The notes: generated from the sequence alone by a model not told the origin. A DNA stretch of 64,000 bases from Octopus vulgaris (GCA_951406725.2 OX597814.1:171926001-171990000); one strand, 5' to 3'; counted from the first letter of the stretch, positions 1-13,400 are shown. Translations and numbers: made by a program.

Positions 1-247
1 TGTGGATGGTCGGTGCTGAATTTAAGAGCTTTGAATTGGTGCAATCAGATATTGCTAAAAATTAGTGTCAGAGTAAGGTAGATATTGACTAAAATTTCTT
101 ATAAGGGTTCTCGTAGCATTATCAAGGACTGAACAATGGTAGTCAAGCGTTGGTAGGCGAAAACACAGACATAAGTAAAGACATGTTCATACATATATAC
201 ATGGATACATTCATGCAAACCACGCATACAGATATGTATATACAGAA

Positions 248-660
248 GGCGGCGAGCTGGCAGAAACGTTAGCACGCCGGGCGAAATGCGTAGCCGTATT
301 TCGTCTGCCGTTACGTTCTGAGTTCAAGTTCCGCCGAGGTCGACTTTGTCTTTCATCCTTTCGGGGTCGATAAATTAAGTACCAGTTACGCACTGGGGTC
401 GATATAATCGACTTAATCTGTTTGTCTGTCCTTGTTTGTCCCCTCTGTCTGTAGCCCCTTGTGGGTAGTAAAGAAATAGATATTTCGTCTGCTGATACGT
501 TCTGAGTTCAAATTCCGGCGAGGTCGACTTTGCCTTTCATCTTTTCGGAGTCGATTAAATAAGTACCAGTTACGCACTGAAGTCGATATAATCAACTTAG
601 TCTCTTTGTCTGTCCTTGTTTGTCCCCTCTATGTTTAGCCCCTTGTGGGCAATAAAGAAT
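248..660 (+). mobile_element. SINE family A (tRNA-like head + Nin/Deu-like core), dimeric copy
   Basis: Head GGCGGCGAGCTGGCAGAAACGTTAGCAC, B-box-like GAGTTCAAATTCC, core GCCTTTCATCCTTTCGGGGTCGATAAATTAAGTACCAG; second 5'-truncated unit from about 481; about 20 copies in the window. Confidence 0.9.
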
Positions 661-689
661 TAATATATGTATATACATGTGTTTGTGTA

Positions 690-830
690 CAACGGGTGTC
701 CTTCAGTTTCTCTTTACCAAATACACTCACAAGCCTCTTGTCGACCAAGGGCTATAACAGAAGATCCTCGACCAAGTTGCAGAGGAACTGAACCCAAGAC
801 CAAATGTTTGGGAAGCAAGCTTCTCAACGA
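690..830 (-). mobile_element. Diverged SINE family B fragment
   Basis: Partial similarity to the family B head and CORE region. Confidence 0.55.
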
Positions 831-1114
831 CGCGACCGCATTTTCGCCGATGCGTAATTATAAGGAAAAGTTGGTTTCTTTCCTAGTAGATTGAGCTACT
901 AGGTACGGATCTTTCTCCTAAGGGAGGATACTTTAAGTTTGCTCTCGCATCGTGGCTGCCATTTTAAATTTTGATTTACTTTCCATCATGGCGTCACAAA
1001 GCAACGTGAACGGTCAATATTCTGATTTATTTCACTCGTTTCTTGTATGGAGCCATCTTTTCATTTCGTTTCCAGTGTTTCGTTTCTTCGTAACTCACAG
1101 AACATGAATAAATG

Positions 1115-1459
1115 TATATACACACATTGGCATATAAGCAAGCACACACACGCACGCACACACACACTCATACATACACATATACACACAGGTGCACACA
1201 AAGACATATATATACATACATGCATATCTATTTACATATATATAATATGCATTCACACACAAACATACACACATACGCATACAGACACACACACATGCAC
1301 ACACATACACGCACACATTCATATGCACACATACGCAAGCATATCTATTTACATATGATGATATACGCATACCTACATACATACATGCAGATGTAACATA
1401 CTCAAATACGCCAATAATTACATGCTGAAGCACATACATTCACACACACAGGCACACAT

Positions 1460-1495
<36 letters not shown>

Positions 1496-1510
1496 ATGCA
1501 CACACACGCA
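1115..1510. repeat. Degenerate (CA)/(TACA) microsatellite
   Basis: Direct inspection. Confidence 0.9.
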
Positions 1511-2601
1511 AGTATATATTTATAAGATACAGTATCGTTTGCAGAGTGGTAGTTATGAAAGACTACCTACACTCCCAAATCTACTTTTACGCTAATTCGC
1601 TGGCCACGACAACGAGTTTCCTAGAAAGCAACTAATAGTAAGAACATAGTATATTTTCAGTATTATTTATTGACCTTCAAGATATAGCAAACCTGACCTT
1701 TATTATAAATTCTTTATTATCAATGTCAATTCGAATCAGTCTTACAACAAACGCTGCTTATCGTTTGTGAATCCAGTGTCTAAGACTCTGAAAGTACAAA
1801 TCTATTTGTTTTCTTTGTTCTACTGTTGTTCTTATCATTAGAAGAACAGGCAACGCCGCTTGATGGCTCCGAGAAGGCCATGGCAAATAGGAAATCTATT
1901 CCTTTAAGCAAGTGTATAAGGAAAAAGAACTAGAAAGCAAGCAGATCAGCTAACAGCTCAAGGAACAAACGACTGGAGGAGAAGGTTAATGGGGAAGGTG
2001 GAGTGGTTGTGGCGGTGATAATGGTAGTGGTGGTGGTGGTGGTTGTAATGGTGGTGGTTGTTGCGGTGGTGATGGTAGTAGTGGTATGTGGTGGAAGATA
2101 TCATTGTAAAAGATCCTATCAAATTACCAAAACTGAGAGTAGAGAAAAGGGAAAAAGAACAATGGCCGAATTAATAGCAGCAACGACGCTGGAAAACTGA
2201 CGTAATCAGCAATTCTATGGCGTCGGCAGCTGAGCGATCAATCATATGAACCCTAATCAGACAAACTATCATATATCGAAGATTTGGGGGTTGCTGTTCT
2301 CTTGTGACGTGAATGTGATAATCAACCGAATGTCAAACGTGATATTTGTTCGGGATTAAAAAGAGGTTGGGGGTGGGGGTTGAAGAAATCATAAGAAAGA
2401 AGGTTTTTGTTTTGTTTCATTTTGTTTTATCCATTTTCAAGGACTATTTTCAAAATTCTTGGAATAAACGATATATTTGTCTTTCTTTAATACTCTTAAA
2501 GTATTTCGGGTATGAACATTCCAATTGAAATAATTTCCATTTTTCATCTATAAACATGTAATCTATTTCTTGTTATGGCTTAATAAGAGAAAAAAGAGTA
2601 T

Positions 2602-2602
2602 G

Positions 2603-2685
<83 letters not shown>

Positions 2686-2691
2686 CTCTCT

Positions 2692-2764
<73 letters not shown>

Positions 2765-2822
2765 CAGGTAGTTAGATAGAACAGTTAGATATACATATAT
2801 ATATGCATATGGAAGTATTCAA

Positions 2823-2880
<58 letters not shown>
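2602..2880. repeat. Compound microsatellite (TATC)n(TC)n(TA)n(CA)n
   Basis: Direct inspection. Confidence 0.95.
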
Positions 2881-2882
<2 letters not shown>

Positions 2883-3419
2883 TTGTTTAGAGGGATATAA
2901 AGTTATAGATGGTTCGAAATCAAAACAAAGAACTGCGAAAGATACCTCGAGACTAAATAATCATGTTAAGCTGAGCGACGGATATTCAATCTACTATTGA
3001 TACACGGACAGATCATTCCACCGGCTTCCGCACAGTTTCCGCCGAACCAATTTCACGGACAGGTCTTGAGTCGACCCGAAATTATAGACCCGAAATGTCT
3101 ATGATGTCTCGCAGTAGAATTGAATCCAGCGCCACGTGACTAATCCAACTTCTTAATCATACGGCTATGTCTGCGGTTATTTGTTCCATGTAATGGTGAT
3201 AATGGTGTAGATTTAGTATATATAAATAAATGCATATTGTCTATGTGTCAGTCAATAAATATCTTAGTCTGTCTAGAAAATATTAGCAACACGAATAGAT
3301 TGTGGGCAAATATTTTGAACAAATTTTTCGAACAATCCAAAGACTAATGATATTTCTTTATCAGTTTTCTTCTCGGTAATAAAATACGAAAAGTATGTAT
3401 GTGTGTGTGTGTCTGTATT

Positions 3420-3520
<101 letters not shown>

Positions 3521-3529
3521 GTATATATG

Positions 3530-3640
3530 TATGTCATTATTCAGTTTATTTCAAGATTTCTTGCAACAGAGAAAGAGTTGGTTTCTAACCTAGATCCAAG
3601 TTTCCTTCATTGGAATTTCAACATCAACAAAAGGGTATTT
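3530..3640. repeat. Short interspersed repeat between microsatellites, possibly a decayed Penelope-like terminus
   Basis: Shares ATGTCATTATTC..TTTATTTCAAGATTTC..GGTTTCTAACC with an inverted copy at about 25955-26020. Confidence 0.5.
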
Positions 3641-3697
3641 TTGTACGTATGTGTGTATCTGTATATATATATATATATGCATGTATGTATTTGTTTG

Positions 3698-3772
<75 letters not shown>

Positions 3773-4272
3773 GATCGTTTTTTTCCTCTCCCCCTTTTTT
3801 CCTCTTTTTTTTCTTTTTTCTTTTTCTTTTCTTTTTCTCCTTTTTCTGTTTTTCTTTTCCTTTTTTCTTTTTTTCTTTTTTTTTTCCTTTTTTTCTTCCA
3901 TTTTTTTCTTTTTTTTGTTCTTTTTTTCCCCTTTACGATCCCTTTTGATCGAAAAACCTACGCCACCTTTTTTTTTTCTCCCCCAAAAGAAAAGCTCTAC
4001 CTTGTAACTTGTCCCATCTGTGTGCAGCCCTGTGTGGCCAATAAAGAAACTTAACTATCTATTTATCTATCTATCTGTCTGTCAGTCTGTCTGTCTTTCA
4101 GTCTGTTTATCTATCATCTATCTATCACACTAACTATGCATCTATTTATCTACAAACACACTCTCCTTCACTTGATAAATATACATAACATACACACCCA
4201 TCCATCCATCCATCCCTCAAACTATCCATCCATCCATCCATCCATCCATCCATCCATCCATCCATACATACA

Positions 4273-4303
<31 letters not shown>

Positions 4304-4439
4304 CAAGCTCAAATCCACGTTTGTACTAATTCGGCTGATTTACAGGCAAAGTCTACCTGCAGCAGTTTTCCACCACATACATATTGTTGAACCTCGATCC
4401 GTGCTGGAAATTATTCATGGCTCGGAAAAGTTGGTAATC

Positions 4440-4990
4440 TGATGGTACAAGGTTTGAACTATAGCTAGGGTGAGGTTGCACATTCTGTTCTTCAATTTTG
4501 CGCTTGATCACATTGATCACATTCAAGTTTGCTCTTGATCACATTGGCTGAGCTTATGGAGGTATCGATTGATTTAAAAAGCCAAGTTCTGGCGACAAAG
4601 AACGACTGTTTGTCCTTGGTTGCTCTTCAGCCATTTCAAGCTAGGCTTCATATTCCACAGTAGGTCTCCCTGACATTAGTTTGCCTTTGAAGCTAGTGTC
4701 ACTTTCCTTGAAATGTCTGAGCCAATTTTGTGACATACGTTCGTTGACTGTTTCTGGGCCTTCCTTATAATTAATTTCTTTTGCCGCTGCCCTTGCACTA
4801 AGTCCTTCTTTCAAAAAGATTGTGTAAAATGGCTCTGATTTCAATCTTTTCACCACTCAATGTCAATGCTGCAAAATAAAGAATAAACAATTCAGCAACG
4901 ATTGGACAAGTTATTTCAAATTAATGATACAACATGAAGAGATGTCAAAAATCATCACTGAAAACTTGAAAAAACTTTTGACTCAACCTG
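4440..4990 (-). mobile_element. Decayed mariner transposon 5' part (transposase N-terminal HTH)
   Basis: ORF 4641-4856 GLSARAAAKEIN..G.ETVNER..QNWLRHFK.SDTS....SGRP resembles the Mos1/SETMAR-type HTH; continues past a stop as LEMAEEQPRTNSRSLSPELG; TIR-like CAGGTTGAGTCAAAAGT near 4990. Confidence 0.8.
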
Positions 4991-5096
4991 GGGAATATAT
5001 GTGTGTGTGTATATATATGTGTGTGTGTGATACAAACACACACACACACACACACACATATACAAATATGTACGTAAGTATATATGTATTTACATA

Positions 5097-5500
5097 CCTT
5101 TTACTATTTTACTTGTTTCAGCCATTTGACTCTGGCCATGCTGGAGCATCGCCTTTAGTCGAGCAAATCGACCCAGGACTTATTCTTTGTAAGCCTAGTA
5201 CTTATTCTATCGGTATATTTTGCCGAACCGCTAAGTTACAGGGACGTAATCACACTACTATCGGTTGTCAAACGATGTTGAGGGGACAACACAGACACAC
5301 AAACATATACACACACATATATATATATATACATATATACGACGGGCTTCTTTCAGTTTCCGTTTACCAAATCCACTCACAAGGCTTTGGTCAGCCCGAG
5401 TCTATAGTAGAAGACACTTGCCCAAGGTGCCACGCAGTGGGACTGAATCCGGAACCATGTGGTTCATAAGCAAGCTACTTACCACACAGCCACTCCTACG
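5097..5500 (-). mobile_element. SINE family B (tRNA-like head + CORE-like domain + internal microsatellite)
   Basis: Reverse complement reads GGAGTGGCTGTGTGGTAAG..GGTTCCGGATTCAGTCCC..GGCACCTTGGGCAAGTG (CORE-like); about 12 copies in the window. Confidence 0.88.
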
Positions 5501-6202
5501 CGTATGCATATATATTTTTTTAGAAAGGAGTTAATTTCTATCAAATGAAGAGAATTGTAATGACAACAATGATAAGCATTAGATGTAGAAATTTCTGAAA
5601 ATCTTGCATAATTTCATAGTTCCACTTACAGATTGTATTTGTAGAGTATATGTTAGCTGGTCGCTTCTTTGCCTGAAAATTCTACTTATTCTAGATTGTC
5701 GTTTAGACATTTATTAATATAATTATTCTCTGACTAATGACCAGAAATATATAGCCAGATATTACAATAATGTAAAAGATTGATGAAAAAATATAACATC
5801 TATACCAAACTGAGGAGAATTTGGAGCCAATCCATTCGAAACTTACCTTTGAATTTTTAACCAATAATTATTGGAATAGTTGGATATGTGATTAATCGTG
5901 TCAGTAGTAATCTTGGGTAACTAAGTTACAAACAGTCAGATAAAACATAATTGATTAGGAGTTTACAGCCACAAGCTATGAAAAGGAATGTCAAAGCATG
6001 TAGGATATCCAAGCTTAGTATACACTTTAAAACCAGATATGCCACGACATCCATGCATGTAGCCATATCCGTGTGTGCACAAACATATGTACATGCCTGC
6101 ATACTTACAGGCAGGCATGTATACATGTTTATGTATGCATACATGTGTGCATACATACTTATGCGCACATATATGTACTCTGTTGATGGTATAAATATAG
6201 AG

Positions 6203-6433
6203 GGTGGCGAGCTGGCAGAATCGTTAGCACGCCGGGCGAAATGCTTAGCAGTATTTCGCCTGCCGCTACGTTCTGAGTTCAAATTCCGCCGAGGTCGACT
6301 TTGCCTTTCATTCTTTCGGAGTCGATTAAATAAGTACCAGTTACGCACTGGGGTCGATATAAACGACTTAATCCGTTTGTCTGTCCTTGTTTGTCCTCTC
6401 TGTGTTTAGCCTCTTGTGGGTAGTAAATAAGTA
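6203..6433 (+). mobile_element. SINE family A, full length with TSD
   Basis: 15-bp TSD GGTATAAATATAGAG at 6188-6202 and 6434-6448. Confidence 0.92.
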
Positions 6434-6489
6434 GGTATAAATATAGAGAATCCTCCTTTTGTTTTAATACATACATAGACATCAACTAG

Positions 6490-6660
6490 AGAAACTGGGG
6501 GAACATTCCCATCAAAAGTTCTACAAAGTACAAACATAACAAGGCTGGATATAATTGTTCAGGATGAACAAGAAAACGTATGATCCCTCTTAGAGGTCAG
6601 CTGAGTTCCTGATGTGAATATCTTAAAAATCAACGAGAAAGAGGATAAATATAGACAATC
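6490..6660 (+). pseudogene. Restriction-like endonuclease remnant of an R4/Dong-like non-LTR retrotransposon
   Basis: With one frameshift reads WGNIPIKSSTKYKHNK/LDIIVQDEQENV*SLLEVS*VPDVNILKINEKEDKYRQ, matching the W..D......NRPDI....D...P.D.NI..KE.EK..KY RLE pattern. Confidence 0.6.
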
Positions 6661-6768
6661 GTCCTACTATAAAGTCTGTCCTTGACTATCTAACCGTTGT
6701 GTCTCACTTTGACTGTCCTACTACAGTGCCTGAACTTGACTATACCACTGAAGTGTCTATCCTAGAAT
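6661..6768. repeat. Degenerate 27-bp minisatellite (4 units)
   Basis: Units at 6661, 6688, 6715 and 6742; three end in TTGACT; units 1 and 3 begin GTCCTACTA. Confidence 0.6.
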
Positions 6769-7164
6769 TGGACAACTGCTTCGAAATCTACTTCTGTACT
6801 GCGTTTAAAGATTCACATTTATACTAATAATAATTAGTGAACTTTATTTTGCTAGTTACGTCTTAAGGTTTTAGAGGCTGGAGTTTTCAAAGGCCAGAGT
6901 TTTTAGACAGAGACCAATGAGCTAACACGCACATTATAAATACAATCTGTAAGTATAAAACTGTCTTTGCTATCTGCATTCCAATGATGGAACTAGAAAT
7001 CAGCTCCTTCCTTAGAAGAAGACTTCAAATAATTTCAAATAGAAATGGTCATACATACAGACAAACATGCGTGAATACTTATAGACATATATATACATAC
7101 ATGCATATTGAGGTTTGGGATTGTACTACTTAGGAACTTAGGGAAACAGTAGTTTAATTATCAT

Positions 7165-7381
7165 ATCGATTTCAAATGTTGGCACGAGGCCAGCAAATGT
7201 CGGGTAGGGGATAAGTCGATAACACAAGACCCAGTAGTTAACTGGTATTTATTTTATCGACCCAAAATGAAGAAAGCTAAAGTCAATCTCGGCGGAATTC
7301 GAACTCAGAACGTACAGACGGACGAAATACCGCTAAGTATTTTCGCCAGGCGTGGGAACGACTCTTCCAGCTCGCTACCTT
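7165..7381 (-). mobile_element. Diverged SINE family A with alternative 3' tail
   Basis: Head and core similarity on the minus strand. Confidence 0.75.
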
Positions 7382-7755
7382 AGTATAGTTATATCAAAAC
7401 CAAGTAAAGATGGTTATTCTGAGCTCAAATCCTGCAAATCTATCAAAACAGATTCGCTTTCCCCTTCATTCAAGATGTATAAATAATGCATCAATAATAT
7501 GTAACATAATATACTCGTGTCGAATGGATTGCCTCGATTAAGTGATCTCTCGAATACAAAGGCCCACAATGTTTGTGTATATGTACAGATGAATGTGCGT
7601 ATATATTCAATATATGCCCACACATGTGTATATACACATATGTACGCGTATATGTGTGTGGTTGTGTATGTGTATGTAGGTGAGTTACGTGCATTCGTGG
7701 GTGTGCATGTTCAAGTGTTACGTGTATGTATGCATCTATCTACCTACCTACCTAC

Positions 7756-7822
<67 letters not shown>

Positions 7823-7845
7823 CCTATCTGCCTATCTCTCTCGCC

Positions 7846-7892
<47 letters not shown>

Positions 7893-7924
7893 CAGAGAGA
7901 GAAAGAGAGAGATAACTAGATAGG

Positions 7925-7973
<49 letters not shown>

Positions 7974-8095
7974 TTATCTGTCTATCAAACTATATGTCTT
8001 TATCTCTACATACGCAAATAGATGAGTGTATATGTTTGTAAGTGAAAATGTATGTAGACCCGAAGCAAATTGTTATAAATGTTTATATATGTATG

Positions 8096-8137
<42 letters not shown>

Positions 8138-8143
8138 CATACA

Positions 8144-8175
<32 letters not shown>

Positions 8176-8724
8176 CACACACACACATATATACACACAC
8201 ACACATATATATATAGTGGGCCTATGTGTGAGTGGACGGACAGAGATGCCTACGCCAAAAATATGTGTAGATGAAAGAGTACGAGAAAATGTTTCACATA
8301 TAGCTATATGTAATTTGAGCCCAGCACAAGACTAAGTAGATCTTTGAATACTATCGATTCCTTGTAAGATAGCGGCGCCAATGTCAATCAAGCATGGCCG
8401 ATGGTTTGTTCAATGTTCCCTTACGAAGTGTCCATTGAAAATGTCCTTTCTTGAAGACTTCTTTAACGGTTCATAGGAAAATATCTCATATGCCAGATTG
8501 TCAAAGACAGACGGACAGTGCTGGGTCGATAGATTGTATTTACCTTTTGATTTTTTTCATTATTTTTTAATATATATTTATTTATATACAATTTGTCATA
8601 ACAGAATATGAATGTGTGCTCATGTCCATTTACATATAAACATACACACACGAATAATATATGTATATATGTATGTACGTGTATATATATATGTATTTGT
8701 ATGTGTGTGTGTATGCATACACAA

Positions 8725-8856
<132 letters not shown>

Positions 8857-9084
8857 AGATAGATAGACAGATAGATAGATAGATAGACATGAGCTTGCAT
8901 TTTTATATGTGTATAAGAGCCTGTCTTTTTGAAAACGTATATCTGCAAATTAAATACGTTTATTTTCACATAATATCATAATATATGACCATAGATAGAA
9001 AGATGTGCATTACCTTTTTGTATTAAATTATAGCTGTAATATAAGTATATAAGTCTGTATTCCTGAAATATATGAACGTATGTC

Positions 9085-9183
<99 letters not shown>

Positions 9184-9227
9184 GCTGTTTGTCTGCCTGT
9201 CTGTCTGTTTATCTATCTATCTATCAT

Positions 9228-9280
<53 letters not shown>

Positions 9281-9319
9281 ATGATACAGTTTGACAATAT
9301 ATATGTGTGTGTGTGTTTT

Positions 9320-10045
9320 ATCAGCTCAAAGCTGTAACCATGGAAGGGTACCCGCTGTTTTGCTACACTGTTATTATTGAGAGCCTCCTTTGGTATGTGG
9401 CATTTGGTGAATAAGGAAGTTTGATGTTGCTACCCTCATTTGCACCTCCTGCTGCGAGGTAGTTTCATCTGAGACTCTTGACAGGAAGCGATCCAGTTTT
9501 GATTTGAAAACACCTACATCCACTTTGTGTATGTCCGTCAGGCTCTTTGGAAGAGTATTAAAAAGCTGTGGGCCCCGGAAACCCAGGCTGTTGCAGTAAA
9601 TGGTCCTGAAGCATGATGGCATTGCTGGGATCTTTGGTATTGTGCAGTTCCGACTCGTTCTGGTATTTGTGTAGCTGTCAATGCCAAAATTTGGATATTC
9701 TAGGTATATATTACTGCATATCTCTCCCGACTTCGCTCCAAGGAATAGAGACTTAACTGTTTCAGCCTATCCCAATAGCTGAGCTGTTACAATGAGATGA
9801 TCTTCTGTGTAAAGATTCGCTGCATTGCGTCAAGGTCCACTTCTTTCTGGTTTTGATGGTTCTCAGGATCTATCCAACTAGTCGCCTGCACTTTTGTCGC
9901 CATCCAGCTGGAGTCCGACTCCTGCTGCAGGCGTGCAACATCACTTGGCTTCTGCATTTTCTGCGAGACTTTCGTATCGTCTGCGTAGCTAGCAAGGATG
10001 GCTATCCGGGCATCTGAAGGCGTATCTATGAGGGTCACTATGAAA
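9320..10045 (-). mobile_element. CR1/L2-clade LINE 3' fragment (RT pseudogene)
   Basis: SYADDTKV RT motif; QRIFTQKI..LSYWDRLKQLSLYSLERSRERY; RGPQLFNTLP...FKSKLDRFL C-terminal signature; stops and deletions present. Confidence 0.88.
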
Positions 10046-10199
10046 AGCGTATATATATATGTTCTGCTTAGGAAATTATTTCAAAATTAATTTTAGTTTT
10101 TAATGATTGACTCGCAATAAGTTATTGAGTCGAAATAATTAACTCGCAAAGAATAAATCTATAAAGATACTATTATGTATTTACCATCATGCTAAACCT

Positions 10200-10570
10200 T
10201 TAATTCTTATACATTTTTCTCGCTCCGTTTTTTCGTTTTCTTTCCATTGTTTTTCTCCCATACCTTTTTATCGAAGACAGTAGACTTGAAACGGCAAAGA
10301 CTTATCCGCTCTTCCTGAGTGTCAAACTTCTAAACCTAATAGCTATTTCGCTACCGGTCTTCGTCTCTGTTTACTGTAAATTTGAACTATATCCAAAAAT
10401 ATTTTTAAAAAAATGTCTTCTTTGTTTAATTCCTCGTGTTCCTTTCTGTTGAAGAGTGTAGGCTCGAAACGTAAAAGACTTTCTCACCTTCCCAAGCGTT
10501 AAACTAATACACCAGTTTGTTGCTTATAAACCTGTCTTCGTCTTTTGCCTTTCTGTAAATCTCAACTATA
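10200..10570 (+). mobile_element. Two tandem Penelope-like terminal-repeat units, family H1, with a variant hammerhead motif at 10442-10477
   Basis: CTTT CTGTTGA A GAGT GTAG GCTC GAAAC GTA AAAG; homologues at 16040, 42708 and 57810. Confidence 0.6.
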
Positions 10571-10578
10571 TATATATC

Positions 10579-11414
10579 TTTAAACACATAAGGAATCCAC
10601 TCATAGGGAATTCAACACGCTAGAGAGAACAGCTAGGTTCTGTAAACCACAAAAATAACGGATAAAATTCGACAGGAATAAATGAAAAACATTTACCATC
10701 TAGTACCCTGGACCAATTGGTTTCTGATCATCTTTTAGCGAGTCAAGGGGAACTCACAAGGTCTGATTTTCTTCAGCAAGGTCCAACCTAGGGTTAAACA
10801 TATCCAACACGAGACAAACAAGGCTACTTGTCTCCTGTTTATACGAACTAACTTTTCAAATTTTACTGCGCAGACGCAGTCCTTCGCTGGCTACAATGAA
10901 AAACCGCCAACTTTTAACCGAAAATTATCCAAAAACTTACAGTATTTAATCATGTCAAAGGGAAATGGAATTTAATTAAAACTAAAACATTTAATCAAAA
11001 TTTACATTTCCAGTGGTCTAACGTGCAAAAAAAATTAGTCAAGAAGACTATATATTAGTCATACGATATGGTGTATATTTAAACACATAAGGAATCCACT
11101 TATAGAGAATTCAACACGCTAGAGAGAACAGCTAGGTTCTGTAAACCACAAAAATAAGACCTTGTGAGTTCCCCTTGACTCGCTAAAAGATGATCAGAAA
11201 CCAATTGGTCCAGGGTGTGGTTATAGAACCTAGCTGTTCTTTCTAGCGTGTTGAATTCCCTGTAAGTGAATTCCTTATGTGTTTAAATATACACTATATC
11301 GTATGACTAATATATAGTCTTTTTGACTAATTCTTTGCACGTTAGACCACTGGAAATGTAAATTTTGATTGAATGTTTTAATTTTAATTAAATTCCATTT
11401 TCCTTTTACATGAT

Positions 11415-11417
<3 letters not shown>
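10579..11417. mobile_element. Penelope-like terminal repeat with direct and inverted duplications
   Basis: Direct repeat 10579-10658/11078-11157; inverted arms about 10947-11150/11217-11417; hammerhead motif inside; bounded by microsatellites. Confidence 0.7.
10705..10782 (-). ncRNA. Type I hammerhead ribozyme motif with long stem II
   Basis: ACCTTG CTGAAGA [AAATCA..GTGAGT/ACTCGC..TGATCA] GAAAC CAATTG GT C CAGGGT; stem I 6 bp, palindromic stem III, GUC site; base of stem II mismatched. Confidence 0.65.
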
Positions 11418-11491
<74 letters not shown>

Positions 11492-11825
11492 TATATAAAA
11501 GGGTTAGCAAAATAAATTGCTTTGCCACATACCGAACTCATTAGAAATAGCAGCCAAAAAATTTTTAAAACTATTTCTTCTAATACTTAATAAAAAGTCT
11601 CCACAAACTTGTTCAATTTGAAAGTATGAGGGTAGAAACATTAAAAAATCAAATGCAAAGGTTGTTTCTACCCTCATACTTTCGTGAGTTGAATTGAACA
11701 AGCACTATATGAGAGAGATTTTCTTTAAGTATTGGAAATAGTTTTAAAAAAGTTTTTTTAGCTGCTATTTCTAATGAGTTCAGTATGCGGCAAGGTAATT
11801 TATTTTACTAAGCCCTTTTATATAA
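11492..11825. repeat. Fold-back (long imperfect inverted repeat) element
   Basis: TTATATAAAAGGGTTAGCAAAATAAATT.. mirrored at the right end; inner perfect arm GAAAGTATGAGGGTAGAAACA/TGTTTCTACCCTCATACTTTC. Confidence 0.8.
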
Positions 11826-11916
11826 TGTAATAATTTGAATTCGCCTTAAATGGTCCCTTTGCATACTGAATACTTGGTGAAATTGATTAATTAATTTTAC
11901 CCTCAATTGTTGAAAT

Positions 11917-11951
<35 letters not shown>

Positions 11952-12528
11952 ATATATGTGTGTGTGTGCATGTATGTGCGTGTGTGTGTACATGTGTATG
12001 TCTGTCTGTCTGTCTGTCTGTCTGCCTGTCTGTCTGTCTGTATGTATGTATGTATGTATGTATGCATGCATGTATGTATTTATGAAAACTATGTTAAGGT
12101 AAAAAGATGAATGAAAGAAATTATATGGCTAAATTTGTGGTTAAGATTAGAAGTTCCCGAGGCGAATTAATTAGTCGAAATAATTCATTCACGTATTTCA
12201 TACAGATATTCTAAAATTCTTTTTTACAGTGATATTCGCTTCAGTGATATTCGCTTCGTCTTCACACTATTCACAAATCGCAACTGAATTAGAAGATACA
12301 GGTTATTATCCTTATTCAATACCATATTAGGAATCAACCAATATTTTGAAAACGTATTCTTGACTTTAAAGAATACAATACTTATATATTTCGTTTTTGG
12401 ATTTGGTTTGCAAGATTCTTTATGTGAGTTCGTGTGTTGAAGCATATTGTTGTGTCTGGAGAGAGTCATTTTCTTTTTGTGCCTTATAATGTAACACACT
12501 CACCGGTAAAATTACCACTTATTTCTTG

Positions 12529-12639
12529 TTTTTATTTTCCTAAAATTTTCGTTGCATCTTGCAACATTTTCAATAGTCTTGAGAGTCAAGACTATTGAAA
12601 AGGTTGCAAGACGCAACGAAAATTTTAGGAAAATAAAAA
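12529..12639. repeat. 111-bp near-perfect palindrome containing a degenerate hammerhead-like motif
   Basis: Axis at TCTTGA-GAG-TCAAGA (12584); right arm CTA TTGAAAA GGTTGC AAGAC GCAAC GAAAATTT TAG. Confidence 0.8.
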
Positions 12640-12644
12640 TGTGT

Positions 12645-12856
12645 ATATATTTGTGTCTTTGTTTGCCCCCAAAATTGCTTGACAACCGATGGTGGTGTGT
12701 TTACGTCCCCGTATCTTAGCGGTTTGGCAAAAGAGGCTGATAGAATAAGTACTAGGCTTCCAAAAGAATAAGTCCTGCGGTCGATTTGCTCGACTAAAGG
12801 CGGTGCTCCAGCATGACCACATGCAAATGACTGAAACAAGTAAAAGAGTAAAGAGT
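12645..12856 (+). mobile_element. SINE family B 3' half
   Basis: Homology to the other family B copies. Confidence 0.85.
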
Positions 12857-12883
12857 ATACACACACACACACACACACGCTAT

Positions 12884-12933
<50 letters not shown>

Positions 12934-13400
12934 TAATAAATATATATGCATGTGCATGCATGTGTGTGTATTATGTATATATACATACATACATACATAC
13001 ATACATACATACATACATACATACATACATACATACATGCATATACATGAGTGAGTGTGTGTATGCTTATATTGACGAAAATATAGCAAATTTAAAGTTA
13101 GCCTACTTTAAATATCGATAAATATCGTTTATTGATAATTATGAGGTTTCAGATTTGTCTATGAAAAGCTTATCGCAGCTGATGATTTGAACTGTATGCA
13201 ATAGAAACAAGTAAGAATATCAGAATGAAATTTCTAAATATGCATGAATGGAAATGATCCATTGTGGAGCTGTCGCCTCGGGAAGCTTGAAGCGGTAGCG
13301 GCAACCATCTTTGTCAAAGCTGTCATATGGCAGACGTATTTTTCACACAGAAACACACATGCATATATAGATATGGTCATGGATAAATATACATACATAT

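Noticed and set aside
211-595. Recurrent MRNWYLIYRPRKDERQSRPRRNLNSER peptide family
   Set aside because: Antisense translation of SINE A; frames are broken variably between copies
6661-6768. CRISPR-like periodic repeat
   Set aside because: Contiguous degenerate tandem units with no repeat-spacer pattern and no cas genes; eukaryotic context
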